The position numbers and the translations under genes are program-made. The notes under the pieces are model-generated. The model was not told where the DNA came from. It saw only the letters and a program-made list of their open reading frames with translations, and ran no database searches. Of a stretch of 64,000 bases of DNA, positions 39,174 to 48,933 are shown piece after piece (position 1 is the stretch's first letter; each line of letters opens with the position of its first letter). The stretch spans positions 11,982-75,981 of the forward strand of contig JAHDBW010000003.1 in NCBI GenBank assembly GCA_020630175.1, read 5' to 3'. Source of the DNA: Anaerolineales bacterium. Lineage in GTDB: Bacteria; Chloroflexota; Anaerolineae; Anaerolineales; UBA6668.

Positions 39174-41567
39174 ATGTCTGTCGCATATCGAAAAGTTTGG
39201 CGCGATTTATGGCGCAACTGGTCACGCACGTTATTAGTGGTGATGAGTATTGCGACGGGCGTAATGGCCTTGGGGATGGTGTTAGCTGCTAACCGCGTCA
39301 TGAATAGCCAAATGTCGAGCAGCTATTCGGCGACGACTCCGGCGCATGCGGTGCTTTACCTCAATCAACGTGTTGATGATGCCACGTTGACCGCCTTACG
39401 CCGCTTGCCAGACGTTGACGATGTGCAAGGTGTGCAATCCTTTAGCCTCAATTGGAAGCGCAATCTCACCGACGAGTGGGAGTCCGACGCCGCAGAATTC
39501 ATCGTCATTGACGACTTTACCGCCCAAAAATATGAACAAGTACGCCTAACTGGCGGCGTTTGGCCAACAAGTAAAACTGTTGCCGTGCCAGATAACCATC
39601 GCACTGATTTTGACATGCCCGAACTTGGCGGCGATTTGTATTTCGAAATCAATGACCGAGCCCGGTCCTATCGGATGGTGGGTCAGGTGTATGCCGCCCA
39701 ATCCTTCTCGCCGCCATTTGATACGCGCCCAGTGTTCTATGTAGACCAAGGCTTTGCCTTACGCACGGTTGGCCGCAGTGGATACAACGAAATTCGGCTA
39801 CGTATTCCAGACTATTCTCCAGAACAACTCGATGCCGCCATTGGGATCGCCAAAGACAAGCTTGAAAACCAAAACGTACGCGTTGGTGGGGTGCATAAGA
39901 ACATCCCCGGCGAACATCCCATTCAAGAAATTTTCAACGGCGTGGGCATGATTTTGTCGGTCATGGCCGTTGCTCTATTGATTCTGAGCTTGTTTTTGGT
40001 GATCAACACCATCAATGCAGTTATTGTGCAGCAGGTGCCGCAAGTGGGCATTATGAAGACAATTGGTGGCGTCACCAAGCAAATCTCGCGCTTGTATTTA
40101 GCGGGCGTGGCGATTTATGGCTTGCTCAGCTTATGTGTTGCGGTGCCTCTAGGGATATTTGGCGCAAATGCGTTAGCTGAATACATGTTGACGATTATCA
40201 ACGTGCCAACCGGCGGCGTTCAAATTCTGCCTGAAATTGTTGCGCTCCAGTTTGCTGCTGGCCTTGTGACGCCGATCTTGGCCGGGCTTTGGCCTATTTT
40301 TCAAGGCGCAGCGGTCTCTGTTCGAGAAGCCCTGCAAAATGGATTCGGCGGCTCAGGCGGCTATGGCAGTAGTCGGTTAGATCGCGCTTTGACCAAGGTC
40401 AAACGCTTGCCACGTATCGTTGTCCTCGCTTTACGTAACACGTTTCGACGCATGTCACGCGTGTTGATGACGCTGCTAGTGCTGACGCTGGCTGGCACCG
40501 TGTTTATGATGGTCTTCGCGACCAATGCCTCGCTAGTTGGCACGATTGATGACATTTGGGAAGGCTTTGGCTTTGATGTGATCATGGGCTTTGAAAAATC
40601 ACAGCGCATTGCCGAAGTAGTGCCGCTGATTGAATCGCGACCGGGTATTGAGGCCGCTGAAATGTGGATCTGGACCTCTGCCACTGGTCGTAAACCGGGT
40701 GAAACGGATATTACAAAAGAAGTCCGCGTGCGTATTCGGGCAGTGCCAAAAGAGTCGAAGCTGTTTGCGCCGCAGTTGGTGGCCGGCCGCGCGTTAGATA
40801 TCAATGATGAACATGCGCTGTTGCTCAATCAAGATATTGCCGGTGAATATGGCTATGCTGTCGGCGACACCATTGAACTCGATTTTGGGTCTGATGGCCT
40901 GATTGAGTGGCAAATCGTGGGCTTGGTTGCAGACATTACCAGTGATCAGAAGACGGCCTACTTACATCTAGAAGTCTTCAACAAATCGCTCAATCAAGTT
41001 GGGCGGGCCAGCGTGGCCGAAATTGTGACCACTGACAAAACATTCGATGGTCAAATTGCCATTCAACGCGACCTAGAAACCTTCTTTGCGGATCAAGGGG
41101 TTGAAGTGGCTTGGGCCTCAAGCGCTGGTGAAGACCGCGCTGAGTCGCAATCGCAGTTCAACATCCTCATCAACATATTGCTGGTGATGACGGTCTTGAT
41201 GGCGCTAGTGGGGAGCATTGGCCTGTCTGGCACGCTCTCAATCAACATTATTGAACGGCGGCGTGAAATTGGCGTGATGCGCGCGGTGGGTGCGTCTTCG
41301 GTTGATGTGGCGCTCATTTTTATTATTGAAGGCTTGCTTGTTGGGCTAGCCAGTTGGGTGATTGCTGTGCCGATTAGCATGATTGCCGGGCGCTATTTTG
41401 TGCAAGGCATTGGCGTCGCGATTGATTTTCCCGCGCAGTATCACATTGATACCGTTGGCGTTTGGCTGTGGCTTGGCATTGTCACATTGCTTTCAATCGT
41501 GTTTAGCATTTTACCGGCGCGCAAAGCAACGCAAATTAGCGTGGCGCAAAGTTTGGCATATGAATAA
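39174..41567 (+). CDS. FtsX/MacB-type ABC permease with two FtsX modules
   Basis: 797 aa: TM1, large extracytoplasmic domain, 3 TM, then a repeat of the same unit. Ends with the typical ...SLAYE. Confidence 0.85.
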   Translation: MSVAYRKVWRDLWRNWSRTLLVVMSIATGVMALGMVLAANRVMNSQMSSSYSATTPAHAVLYLNQRVDDATLTALRRLPDVDDVQGVQSFSLNWKRNLTDEWESDAAEFIVIDDFTAQKYEQVRLTGGVWPTSKTVAVPDNHRTDFDMPELGGDLYFEINDRARSYRMVGQVYAAQSFSPPFDTRPVFYVDQGFALRTVGRSGYNEIRLRIPDYSPEQLDAAIGIAKDKLENQNVRVGGVHKNIPGEHPIQEIFNGVGMILSVMAVALLILSLFLVINTINAVIVQQVPQVGIMKTIGGVTKQISRLYLAGVAIYGLLSLCVAVPLGIFGANALAEYMLTIINVPTGGVQILPEIVALQFAAGLVTPILAGLWPIFQGAAVSVREALQNGFGGSGGYGSSRLDRALTKVKRLPRIVVLALRNTFRRMSRVLMTLLVLTLAGTVFMMVFATNASLVGTIDDIWEGFGFDVIMGFEKSQRIAEVVPLIESRPGIEAAEMWIWTSATGRKPGETDITKEVRVRIRAVPKESKLFAPQLVAGRALDINDEHALLLNQDIAGEYGYAVGDTIELDFGSDGLIEWQIVGLVADITSDQKTAYLHLEVFNKSLNQVGRASVAEIVTTDKTFDGQIAIQRDLETFFADQGVEVAWASSAGEDRAESQSQFNILINILLVMTVLMALVGSIGLSGTLSINIIERRREIGVMRAVGASSVDVALIFIIEGLLVGLASWVIAVPISMIAGRYFVQGIGVAIDFPAQYHIDTVGVWLWLGIVTLLSIVFSILPARKATQISVAQSLAYE

Positions 41568-41600
41568 CGCCTGCTAAGGCTGGTCTGTAAACAACTAAGA

Positions 41601-41852
41601 CGTGTGTGATCAAATGTTGTGAGAGGCTGTTTACTTCGCCGGAACCAAGGTGGTTCCTTTGACGCTGGCCAGCAGAAATAAAAACGCCAAGGTTAGCACC
41701 CATCTCAGAGCGACCACCTTGGTCGCGGTGTTTACCCCCGCAACAATGCGATAGAAAGTGTTGCGGGTTACTTCGCCGAAACCATGATGGTTCTTTCTGA
41801 TCCTGATAATCAATATAATTATGAAGTGTCACAACATTTGATCACACATCCG
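41601..41852. mobile_element. MITE-like element or long-stem structured RNA
   Basis: 20-bp perfect inverted termini (41603-41622 / 41829-41848), CTAAGA on both flanks (41595-41600, 41853-41858), four internal hairpins, and a 34-nt internal direct repeat. Confidence 0.4.
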
Positions 41853-41929
41853 CTAAGATGCTAAGACGGCCTCTCACAAAATCTGCAACTGTCCTTTACA
41901 ATTCATTCAATAGTATTAAGGACACCTCT

Positions 41930-43132
41930 ATGCAAATTCATTCTCCGGCTTCAGTTGGCTTGAGCGCGGATCGGCTCGACCGGATTGGCGCACTCAACCA
42001 ACGTTACGTTGATCAACAAAAACTCCCTGGCTTTATTTCACTTGTCGCTCGGCACGGGAAAATTGCTTACCTCGATACGCGTGGCTACATGGACATTGCC
42101 ACGCAGACGCCCTATCAACCAGACACCATTGTGCGCATGTATTCGATGACAAAACCGATTACAAGCATGGCGCTGCTGATGCTGTATGAACAGTCGTTGT
42201 TTGACTTTTTTGATCCGATCGCAGCGTATTTGCCAGAGTTCAAAGACGTGCAGGTCTACGATGGGGGTGAACTCGCACCGCTTGATCGACCGATTACGAT
42301 TTTTGATCTGTTGACGCATACGTCGGGGCTAACCTATGGGTCTTTTGGGGACCCATTGGCGCACCCAGTGAACCATATGTATGACGCGGCTGATATCTTC
42401 GGGAAGAATAAATACCCCTCATTAGCGGCGGCTGTGAAAAAGATTGCTAGCCTACCGTTACGCTTTCAGCCGGGGCAACAGTGGGAATACAGCGTGTCTA
42501 CCGACGTGCTAGGACGCTTAGTCGAAGTGCTGTCTGGTCAATCTTTGGGCGCGTTTATGGAACAGCATATTTTCCAGCCATTGGGCATGGTGGATACTAT
42601 GTTTGGGTTCTCTGAAGACAAGCAAGATCGGGTGGCAACGCTATACACCGTTACGCCAGAAAATCCATTGGCGGTGGCAGACCATCCTTCGCAAAGCCAT
42701 TTTTCTGCCCCAGCCGCCGCGCATTTTGGTGGAGGCGGCCTGCTGTCTACGGCAGAGGATTATTTCCAATTTGCGTCTTGTTTACTGAATAAAGGCACGC
42801 TGAACGGCAACCGGCTGCTAGGGCGTAAGACAGTAGAGCGCATGCAGATGAATCATATGCCAGAAAGAATGCTGCCCATTGCATGGCAAATGAATGACGT
42901 TATGCACGGCATGGGCTTTGGGCTTGGTCTAAGCGTGGCCATGGATATTACGCAAACGGGCGAAATGGGCACTAACGGTCAGTATGGCTGGGGTGGCTTT
43001 GCCGAAACAACGTTCTGGGTTGATCCCGCTGAGCAACTCATCGCAATGAACCTCACGCAGTGCCTGCCGGCAAGTTTTTACCCTGTCCGAACCCAATTCC
43101 GCACGGCTGTTTACCAATCTTTAGTTGAATAG
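41930..43132 (+). CDS. serine hydrolase (beta-lactamase/PBP4-like family)
   Basis: SMTK active-site motif, YS.S region, and a C-terminal GWGG element. Start moved to ATG 41930, which has an AAGGA SD. Confidence 0.8.
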   Translation: MQIHSPASVGLSADRLDRIGALNQRYVDQQKLPGFISLVARHGKIAYLDTRGYMDIATQTPYQPDTIVRMYSMTKPITSMALLMLYEQSLFDFFDPIAAYLPEFKDVQVYDGGELAPLDRPITIFDLLTHTSGLTYGSFGDPLAHPVNHMYDAADIFGKNKYPSLAAAVKKIASLPLRFQPGQQWEYSVSTDVLGRLVEVLSGQSLGAFMEQHIFQPLGMVDTMFGFSEDKQDRVATLYTVTPENPLAVADHPSQSHFSAPAAAHFGGGGLLSTAEDYFQFASCLLNKGTLNGNRLLGRKTVERMQMNHMPERMLPIAWQMNDVMHGMGFGLGLSVAMDITQTGEMGTNGQYGWGGFAETTFWVDPAEQLIAMNLTQCLPASFYPVRTQFRTAVYQSLVE

Positions 43133-43141
43133 GAGCGCCGG

Positions 43142-43993
43142 ATGTCAGAATTTTCACCACAAGAATTTGTCTCTGATGAAGAGATTGCGCAATTTCAGCG
43201 TGATGGCGTCGTTGTATTGCGGAATAAGTTTTCAAAAGACTGGATCGATTTACTGCGTGAAACGATCGACGAATCACGCAACCGGCCGAGCCCGCATTTA
43301 GTGCGCCACACCAAAGATCCGAATGCGCCGGGCTATTTTGAAGACTTCTGGTCATGGAGTATGTTCGACGGCTTTGAGACGTTTGTGCGTGAATCGCCAA
43401 CGGCAGCGCATGCGCAACAGTTGCTTGGTGGCGAACGCATCAACCTTGTCATGGACAACTGGTTCATGCGTGAAGCGGGTTCAAAATCGCGTCCGCCGTT
43501 TCATCAGGATCTTTCTTATTTCGATTTCTTTGGTTCGATGTGCGTGCTGTGGCTGCCGCTAGAACCGCTCACAAAAGAAAATGGAATTGCCTTTGTGAAA
43601 GGGTCGCACCAGTGGGGCAAACACTTTATGCGTGTGCGCTTTACAGACGGACACGAAGCTGGCTCAGATGGCACAACGACCGTCAATGGCGTGACCTATG
43701 AATTGCCACCAGATATTGCCTCTAATCAAGACGAATATGATCTCGCGACGTTTGACATGGCGCTTGGCGACTGCATCTACTTTGATATGCGCACGCTGCA
43801 TGGTGGTGTCTCAGATGTTATTCCCACTGAAACAATCCGGCGTTATACCTTACGCATGACCAAAGAAGACGGCGAGTTACGTTACCGTGGCGATTGGGCC
43901 AAAGGTGAACGCGAAATGTTTGAAGCCGCTGGCTACAAAGAAGGCGATGCGATTGCTGGTGACTTCTTCCCGCAGTTGTATCCCCGTAAATAA
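43142..43993 (+). CDS. phytanoyl-CoA dioxygenase (PhyH) family Fe/2OG oxygenase
   Basis: FHQD...(H.D) and a distal LHGG histidine in PhyH-like spacing; 283 aa. Confidence 0.7.
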   Translation: MSEFSPQEFVSDEEIAQFQRDGVVVLRNKFSKDWIDLLRETIDESRNRPSPHLVRHTKDPNAPGYFEDFWSWSMFDGFETFVRESPTAAHAQQLLGGERINLVMDNWFMREAGSKSRPPFHQDLSYFDFFGSMCVLWLPLEPLTKENGIAFVKGSHQWGKHFMRVRFTDGHEAGSDGTTTVNGVTYELPPDIASNQDEYDLATFDMALGDCIYFDMRTLHGGVSDVIPTETIRRYTLRMTKEDGELRYRGDWAKGEREMFEAAGYKEGDAIAGDFFPQLYPRK

Positions 43994-44011
43994 TTAGCTG
44001 TCTACTGGCCT

Positions 44012-44049
44012 CTGCGTATGTGCCACCCCTCGGGGTGGCACATACGCAG
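44012..44049 (+). terminator. 17-bp-stem hairpin after the PhyH gene (no T-run)
   Basis: CTGCGTATGTGCCACCC-CTCG-GGGTGGCACATACGCAG. Strong stem, but not a canonical intrinsic terminator. Confidence 0.45.
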
Positions 44050-44126
44050 GAACCTCTTTATTCCCTCACATTTATTCACTTAAATTTCATAGACGCATCG
44101 TCAAAAAATTAGAAGATACTACGCAC

Positions 44127-44204
44127 TTACTGATCGATAAGTAAAATCGTTGACTCTCGGCTGGAATGGCGCTACACTTTGCTTACTAATCGATCGATAA
44201 GTAA
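44127..44204 (+). promoter_or_regulatory. TetR gene promoter with two palindromic operators
   Basis: O1 is TTACTgATCGATaAGTAA (44127-44144); -35 TTGACT (44150-44155); -10 TACACT (44173-44178); O2 is TTACTaATCGATCGATaAGTAA (44183-44204). Confidence 0.55.
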
Positions 44205-44207
44205 ATT

Positions 44208-44807
44208 ATGACAAAACAAAACCTCGGTGAAACCATCATCATGAACGCGGCGCAGCTTTTCAAAAAGCAAGGCTACAAAGCGACTTCAATCAAGCAAATT
44301 GCAAATGCATCTGGCTGTACAACGGCGGCGCTGTATTACTACTTTGAAGGCGGTAAGTCTGAAATTTTAGAGACTGTCATGCGACGGATGCAGCCGGAAC
44401 AAATGCGTGAAGCCAAGTTGCAAGAGCTTCCGCCGCGCTTAGGTGATCTGATTGGCGCGCGCATGGAAATCATGAAAGACAATATGGCCGTCATGGCGGA
44501 CCGTATTCGCTGGCTATTTATGGAAATGGCTAACCTTTCTGATGAAGATAAGCTGCCGTTTCAAAAGCAGTTGCTCGGGTTTCAGTCTGAAATCAAAGCT
44601 GATTTACAGCAGTATATTGCCGACGAAAAACAAGCGGATCAAATCGCATGGATTATGTTTTGCTCCTTTTTTGGCTATCAACAATTGGGCGTCACCATGG
44701 GGCTTGATGCGCATGCGGACTTGACCGTGACTAAATTTACAGAGGCCATGCAGGCAGTTATTTTTGCTGATTTGATGGATCTGCCGAAGCGGGACGATGC
44801 AGCCTAA
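44208..44807 (+). CDS. TetR-family transcriptional regulator
   Basis: N-terminal HTH (GYKATSIKQIANASGCTTAALYYYF) and a helical ligand domain. Confidence 0.85.
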   Translation: MTKQNLGETIIMNAAQLFKKQGYKATSIKQIANASGCTTAALYYYFEGGKSEILETVMRRMQPEQMREAKLQELPPRLGDLIGARMEIMKDNMAVMADRIRWLFMEMANLSDEDKLPFQKQLLGFQSEIKADLQQYIADEKQADQIAWIMFCSFFGYQQLGVTMGLDAHADLTVTKFTEAMQAVIFADLMDLPKRDDAA

Positions 44808-44816
44808 GGCGTCTTT

Positions 44817-46319
44817 ATGAACACAACGAAAACGCCCGTTTTTGAACTCAAAAACGTCTCCAAAATTTACACAACCGGCGCGGGTGACTTTGCGGCGCTT
44901 GATGATGTGTCCTTCAATATTTATCCCGGTGAATTTCTAGGCATTGTAGGGCGCTCTGGGGCGGGTAAATCGACCCTGCTCAACATGCTGTCTGGCGTGA
45001 GCAAGCTGTCTGCTGGGCAGGTGCTTTACAACCAATCTGATGGTACGGCGCTTTCTATTCATGACCTCAATCAAAATCAGTTAGCCACGTGGCGCGGTGA
45101 AAACATTGGCATTGTGTATCAATCGTTTGAACTGCTGCCGATGTTAGATCTGGTCAATAACGTGATGCTGCCGCAAGACTTTTTAGGCGTTTACAACGCC
45201 AAGACCAGCCCCGCGCACGCTTTAGATCTACTCACCCAAGTTGAAATTGGCGAGCATGCTTACAAGATCCCGGCGCATGTGTCTGGCGGACAGAAACAAC
45301 GCGTGGCGATTGCGCGTTCCCTGACCAATGATCCGGCAGTGATCATTGCCGATGAGCCAACGGGTAGCTTAGATAGCAAAACAAAAGAAACCATCTTCAA
45401 GATTTTTGAAGGATTAGTTGCCAACGGTAAAACCGTGGTGATGGTGACGCATGATCAAGGTCTGAAAGGGCGGTTTGATCGGACCTTGCAAATTTCTGAT
45501 GGACGCGTCACTGGTGATGCTGTTTCGTTTGCGGGCGCAAGCGTAGCCAAAGTAGACGAGAAAGGCCCAGATGAGTCGGCACTAGCCACTGCTGAAGATA
45601 CAAATTCTGCCAGTGAAAAAAGCGCCATCAGTCTTGAAAATGTCACTAAGACTTACGTTGGACCTGCCGGTGAATTTACGGCGCTCAAAAACATCAATCT
45701 CGATTTTCACTACGGTGAATTTGTTTCAATAGTGGGGCAATCCGGCAGTGGCAAGTCTACGTTGCTCAATATGCTGACCGGCATTGATCATCCAACGAGC
45801 GGCAATGTCACGATCAATGACCTGGCCGTGTATGGCATGACCGAAAGCCAGCGAGCGCTATGGCGCGGGCGTAATCTAGGCATTGTGTTTCAGTTCTTCC
45901 AACTGCTGCCAATGCTCACGCTGGTTGAAAACATCATGTTGCCGATGGATTACTGCAACACGTACAAGCCGCGTGAACGGCGCGCCAAAGCCATGGAACT
46001 GCTTGACTTAGTGGGGCTGAAAGATTTCGCTCGTAAATTGCCCTCAGCCGTCTCGACTGGGCAACAGCAAAGTGCTGCCATTGCGCGGGCACTTGCTAAT
46101 GATCCGCCCATCATCGTCGCCGATGAACCAACTGGAAACTTAGACACCCGCGCGGCAAACACAATCATCCAATTGTTCCGGCGCTTGGCGCAACAGGGCA
46201 AAACAATTCTGATTGTGACGCATGACCCCGGCCTAACGCGCTTTACCGACCGCACGATTACTTTGGCCGATGGCGAAGTGGTCAACCGTGAACTAGCGCC
46301 TGAGCTTTCGGTGGCCTAG
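44817..46319 (+). CDS. tandem (fused) MacB-type ABC ATPase, second signature degenerate
   Basis: NBD1: GRSGAGKST / VSGGQKQR / IIADEPT. Then a 40-aa linker. NBD2: GQSGSGKST / VSTGQQQS / IVADEPT. Confidence 0.85.
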   Translation: MNTTKTPVFELKNVSKIYTTGAGDFAALDDVSFNIYPGEFLGIVGRSGAGKSTLLNMLSGVSKLSAGQVLYNQSDGTALSIHDLNQNQLATWRGENIGIVYQSFELLPMLDLVNNVMLPQDFLGVYNAKTSPAHALDLLTQVEIGEHAYKIPAHVSGGQKQRVAIARSLTNDPAVIIADEPTGSLDSKTKETIFKIFEGLVANGKTVVMVTHDQGLKGRFDRTLQISDGRVTGDAVSFAGASVAKVDEKGPDESALATAEDTNSASEKSAISLENVTKTYVGPAGEFTALKNINLDFHYGEFVSIVGQSGSGKSTLLNMLTGIDHPTSGNVTINDLAVYGMTESQRALWRGRNLGIVFQFFQLLPMLTLVENIMLPMDYCNTYKPRERRAKAMELLDLVGLKDFARKLPSAVSTGQQQSAAIARALANDPPIIVADEPTGNLDTRAANTIIQLFRRLAQQGKTILIVTHDPGLTRFTDRTITLADGEVVNRELAPELSVA

Positions 46320-46323
46320 TAGT

Positions 46324-48738
46324 ATGAGTAAGACGAAAAAATACCTCACGTCTCCGCGTTGGCTCAAGGTGTTCTTAGACATCTGGGAAAACCGTTCCCG
46401 CACCATTTTGGTGGTAGCGTCAATTACGGTCGGTGTGTTTGCGGTCGGCATGATTATGACGGCCTACAACATCCTTGAAACGGACATGGAAACCGGCTAT
46501 GCGTCGGCTAATCCAGCCAACGTTCAAATTCTGACTGACCCGTTTACCGATGATTTTGTGAGCGCAGTGGAACGGATTGAAGGCGTCAAAGACGTTGAAG
46601 GGCGCTTTAAAACCACTATGCGCATCAGTCATGATGACGGTGTGACTTGGCGCAATTTGGACGTGATTGCCGTTGATGATTTTGCAGCGAGCAAAATTTA
46701 TTTGCGCGGTGCCATTGCAGGCTCAAGTACGCCAGATGATAAAGAAATGCTGCTCGAAGCGCGCATTCTTGATCAGTTAGATGTTGCCGTTGGCGATGAC
46801 TTCTTGATCCAATTGCCGAGCGGCACGCAGCGTGAAGTGCCGTTGGTTGGGCTGGTACGTGATCCCTCTGTGGCCGGTGGCCCAGATGCGGCGGCTGTTA
46901 TTTACATCACAATGGGCACCTTAGAATGGCTCGGCCAGCCGCGCACCATGAACCAGTTGCTGACAACCGTGCACGGTGACGCGAATGATCAAGCCAATCT
47001 TGATACCGTTTCTGCCCGTGTCGAAGACCGCGTCGAAAAGAATCAAGGCACTTTGTATAGCTCGACGACCAACCGGCGTAATGAGCATCCGGCAAGCAAT
47101 ACGATTTTGGCAATTCTAGGCGTGATGGGCGCGTTAGGCGGCTTGATGCTTATTTTAGGGAGTTCACTCATTGCCAATACGCTTACTGCGCTCCTAAATC
47201 AGCAAATGCGGCAGATTGGGGTGATGAAGCTGGTTGGTGCCAAAAGCTTACAGATTGTGGGCATGTATTTGATCCTGATTATTGTGCTGGGTCTGATCTC
47301 ACTCTTGATTTCCGTGCCGTTGGGTGCATATGGTGGGTATCAGTTTGCGCTTTTCTTTGGTGGCATTGTTGGGTTAGATATTGCTGCATTTCGGTTTGTA
47401 CCAACCGCCATGGTGGTGCAAGCGGCTATTGCGGTGATCGTGCCTATTCTGGCCGGAATTATTCCAGTCATGCGCGGGTCGCGTCTAACAGTTGAAGCTG
47501 CAATTTCAGATGGCGATGAAGGTGGCGCTACGGGGCGCTTTGCTTTCTTAGATCGACTTGGCGAAACGGTCGACTGGTTTACCCGTCCGTTACTTATTTC
47601 ATTGCGGAATACGTTTCGTAATTTGCCACGGCTGATGCTGACATTGTTCACGCTAACAGTGGCCGGTGGCATTTTTATCGCGGTGTTCAATATGCAGGCC
47701 TCGCTCGAGAACTTTATTGGGCAAGTGTCCCGCTTGTTTGTGGCTGATGTTTCTATTGATATGGCCAGACCGTATCGTGAAGCTGAAATTGCTAGTTTTA
47801 TAGAAGGCGTGCCCGGCGTGCTAGGCACTGAGGCGTGGGTTTCTGCTGTGGGCGAAGTTGAACATTTTGATGGCAACGATGTTGTCTTCAATATTCAAGC
47901 GCCGCCAGCAGGCAGCGTTTTGGTTGATCCAGAGCTGAAAGCGGGGCGCTTTTTACGGGAAGGCGATCAGTATGCAATTGCCGTTGCGGAAACTGTTTAC
48001 GAAGAATTTCCGGACATGATGCCAGGCGACGTGATCCCGATATCAATCGATGGTGAGCGCGAACAACTGTGGACGGTGGTCGGCATTTATGCGTTCCCTG
48101 GTCGTGATGTGGACGCGATTTTTGCCTACGCACCGTATGAAATCATTGCGCCAATGACCAACCAAATTGGGCAGGCGTCCACCATGAAGGTGCTGACAGA
48201 CAATCACACGATTGAAGCCCAGCGTGAAATGGTCAACGTGCTCGATGCGCGTCTTAAAGATCAGGGCGTGCAATTACGCAACGTATCGGCAGGGTTGACA
48301 ACCGTCGAAGGCATTTCTGAAGGCATTGCAACGTTGGTCACGTTATTCTTAGGGATGGCGGTGCTGACGGCAATTGTGGGCAGCATTGGCTTGGCGGGGA
48401 TGATGTCGATGAACGTGATGGAACGCATTCGCGAGATTGGCATTCTGCGTGCGATTGGCGCTGTAGATGGGGCGATCATGCGCTCTGTCTTATTTGAAGG
48501 CGTGTTTATTGGCGTGCTCAGCTGGTTATTTGGGATTGTTGTCTCATTCCCAATTAGTTCAGGATTGTTAACAATTGTGAGCTTAGCATTGACAAATTCG
48601 GTCATGCCATTGAAATTTAGCCCAACGGGATTTTGGCTTTGGTTAGTTGTGATCTTGGTGCTTTCAACGCTGGCTAGCGTGCTGCCAGCGCGGAATGCGT
48701 CTAAGCTCACTATTCGTGAGGTGTTGGCCTACGAATAA
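46324..48738 (+). CDS. FtsX/MacB-type ABC permease, paralog of 39174-41567
   Basis: 804 aa with the same two-module architecture and the same C-terminal ...VLAYE ending. Confidence 0.85.
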   Translation: MSKTKKYLTSPRWLKVFLDIWENRSRTILVVASITVGVFAVGMIMTAYNILETDMETGYASANPANVQILTDPFTDDFVSAVERIEGVKDVEGRFKTTMRISHDDGVTWRNLDVIAVDDFAASKIYLRGAIAGSSTPDDKEMLLEARILDQLDVAVGDDFLIQLPSGTQREVPLVGLVRDPSVAGGPDAAAVIYITMGTLEWLGQPRTMNQLLTTVHGDANDQANLDTVSARVEDRVEKNQGTLYSSTTNRRNEHPASNTILAILGVMGALGGLMLILGSSLIANTLTALLNQQMRQIGVMKLVGAKSLQIVGMYLILIIVLGLISLLISVPLGAYGGYQFALFFGGIVGLDIAAFRFVPTAMVVQAAIAVIVPILAGIIPVMRGSRLTVEAAISDGDEGGATGRFAFLDRLGETVDWFTRPLLISLRNTFRNLPRLMLTLFTLTVAGGIFIAVFNMQASLENFIGQVSRLFVADVSIDMARPYREAEIASFIEGVPGVLGTEAWVSAVGEVEHFDGNDVVFNIQAPPAGSVLVDPELKAGRFLREGDQYAIAVAETVYEEFPDMMPGDVIPISIDGEREQLWTVVGIYAFPGRDVDAIFAYAPYEIIAPMTNQIGQASTMKVLTDNHTIEAQREMVNVLDARLKDQGVQLRNVSAGLTTVEGISEGIATLVTLFLGMAVLTAIVGSIGLAGMMSMNVMERIREIGILRAIGAVDGAIMRSVLFEGVFIGVLSWLFGIVVSFPISSGLLTIVSLALTNSVMPLKFSPTGFWLWLVVILVLSTLASVLPARNASKLTIREVLAYE

Positions 48739-48933
48739 CTCCCAACACTGGTGCAAAAGCGATAGACTTATTTGCTAAGCACCAAATTAAATAATTGACA
48801 GTAAATTCAAGGTTGTAATTGTGCAACTTACGTGGTCACTATACGTATATATCAACACAATCTACAGATCTTGTAAAAAATCCAGAAGAAAATCAACACA
48901 CACAGTTTTAATAAGGTGTATCAAAATATAATT

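Noticed and set aside
40361-40828. 155-aa minus-strand ORF inside the FtsX permease; similar cases at 47340-47891, 48261-48710, 49701-50087, 52639-53118 and 60708-61154
   Set aside because: All are embedded antisense within strongly supported genes, have skewed Ser/Arg/Thr composition, and show no motifs or ribosome-binding sites.
41628-41800. CRISPR-like reading of the two ~34-nt direct repeats beginning (G)TTACTTCGCCG
   Set aside because: There are only two diverged copies, about 104 nt apart, with no cas genes in the window. The repeats sit inside a unit bounded by terminal inverted repeats.
41536-41832. 98-aa and 60-aa minus-strand ORFs across the 41.6-kb intergenic region
   Set aside because: They run through the inverted-repeat and hairpin element, and their sequence is dictated by the palindromes. 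A non-coding element is the better explanation.
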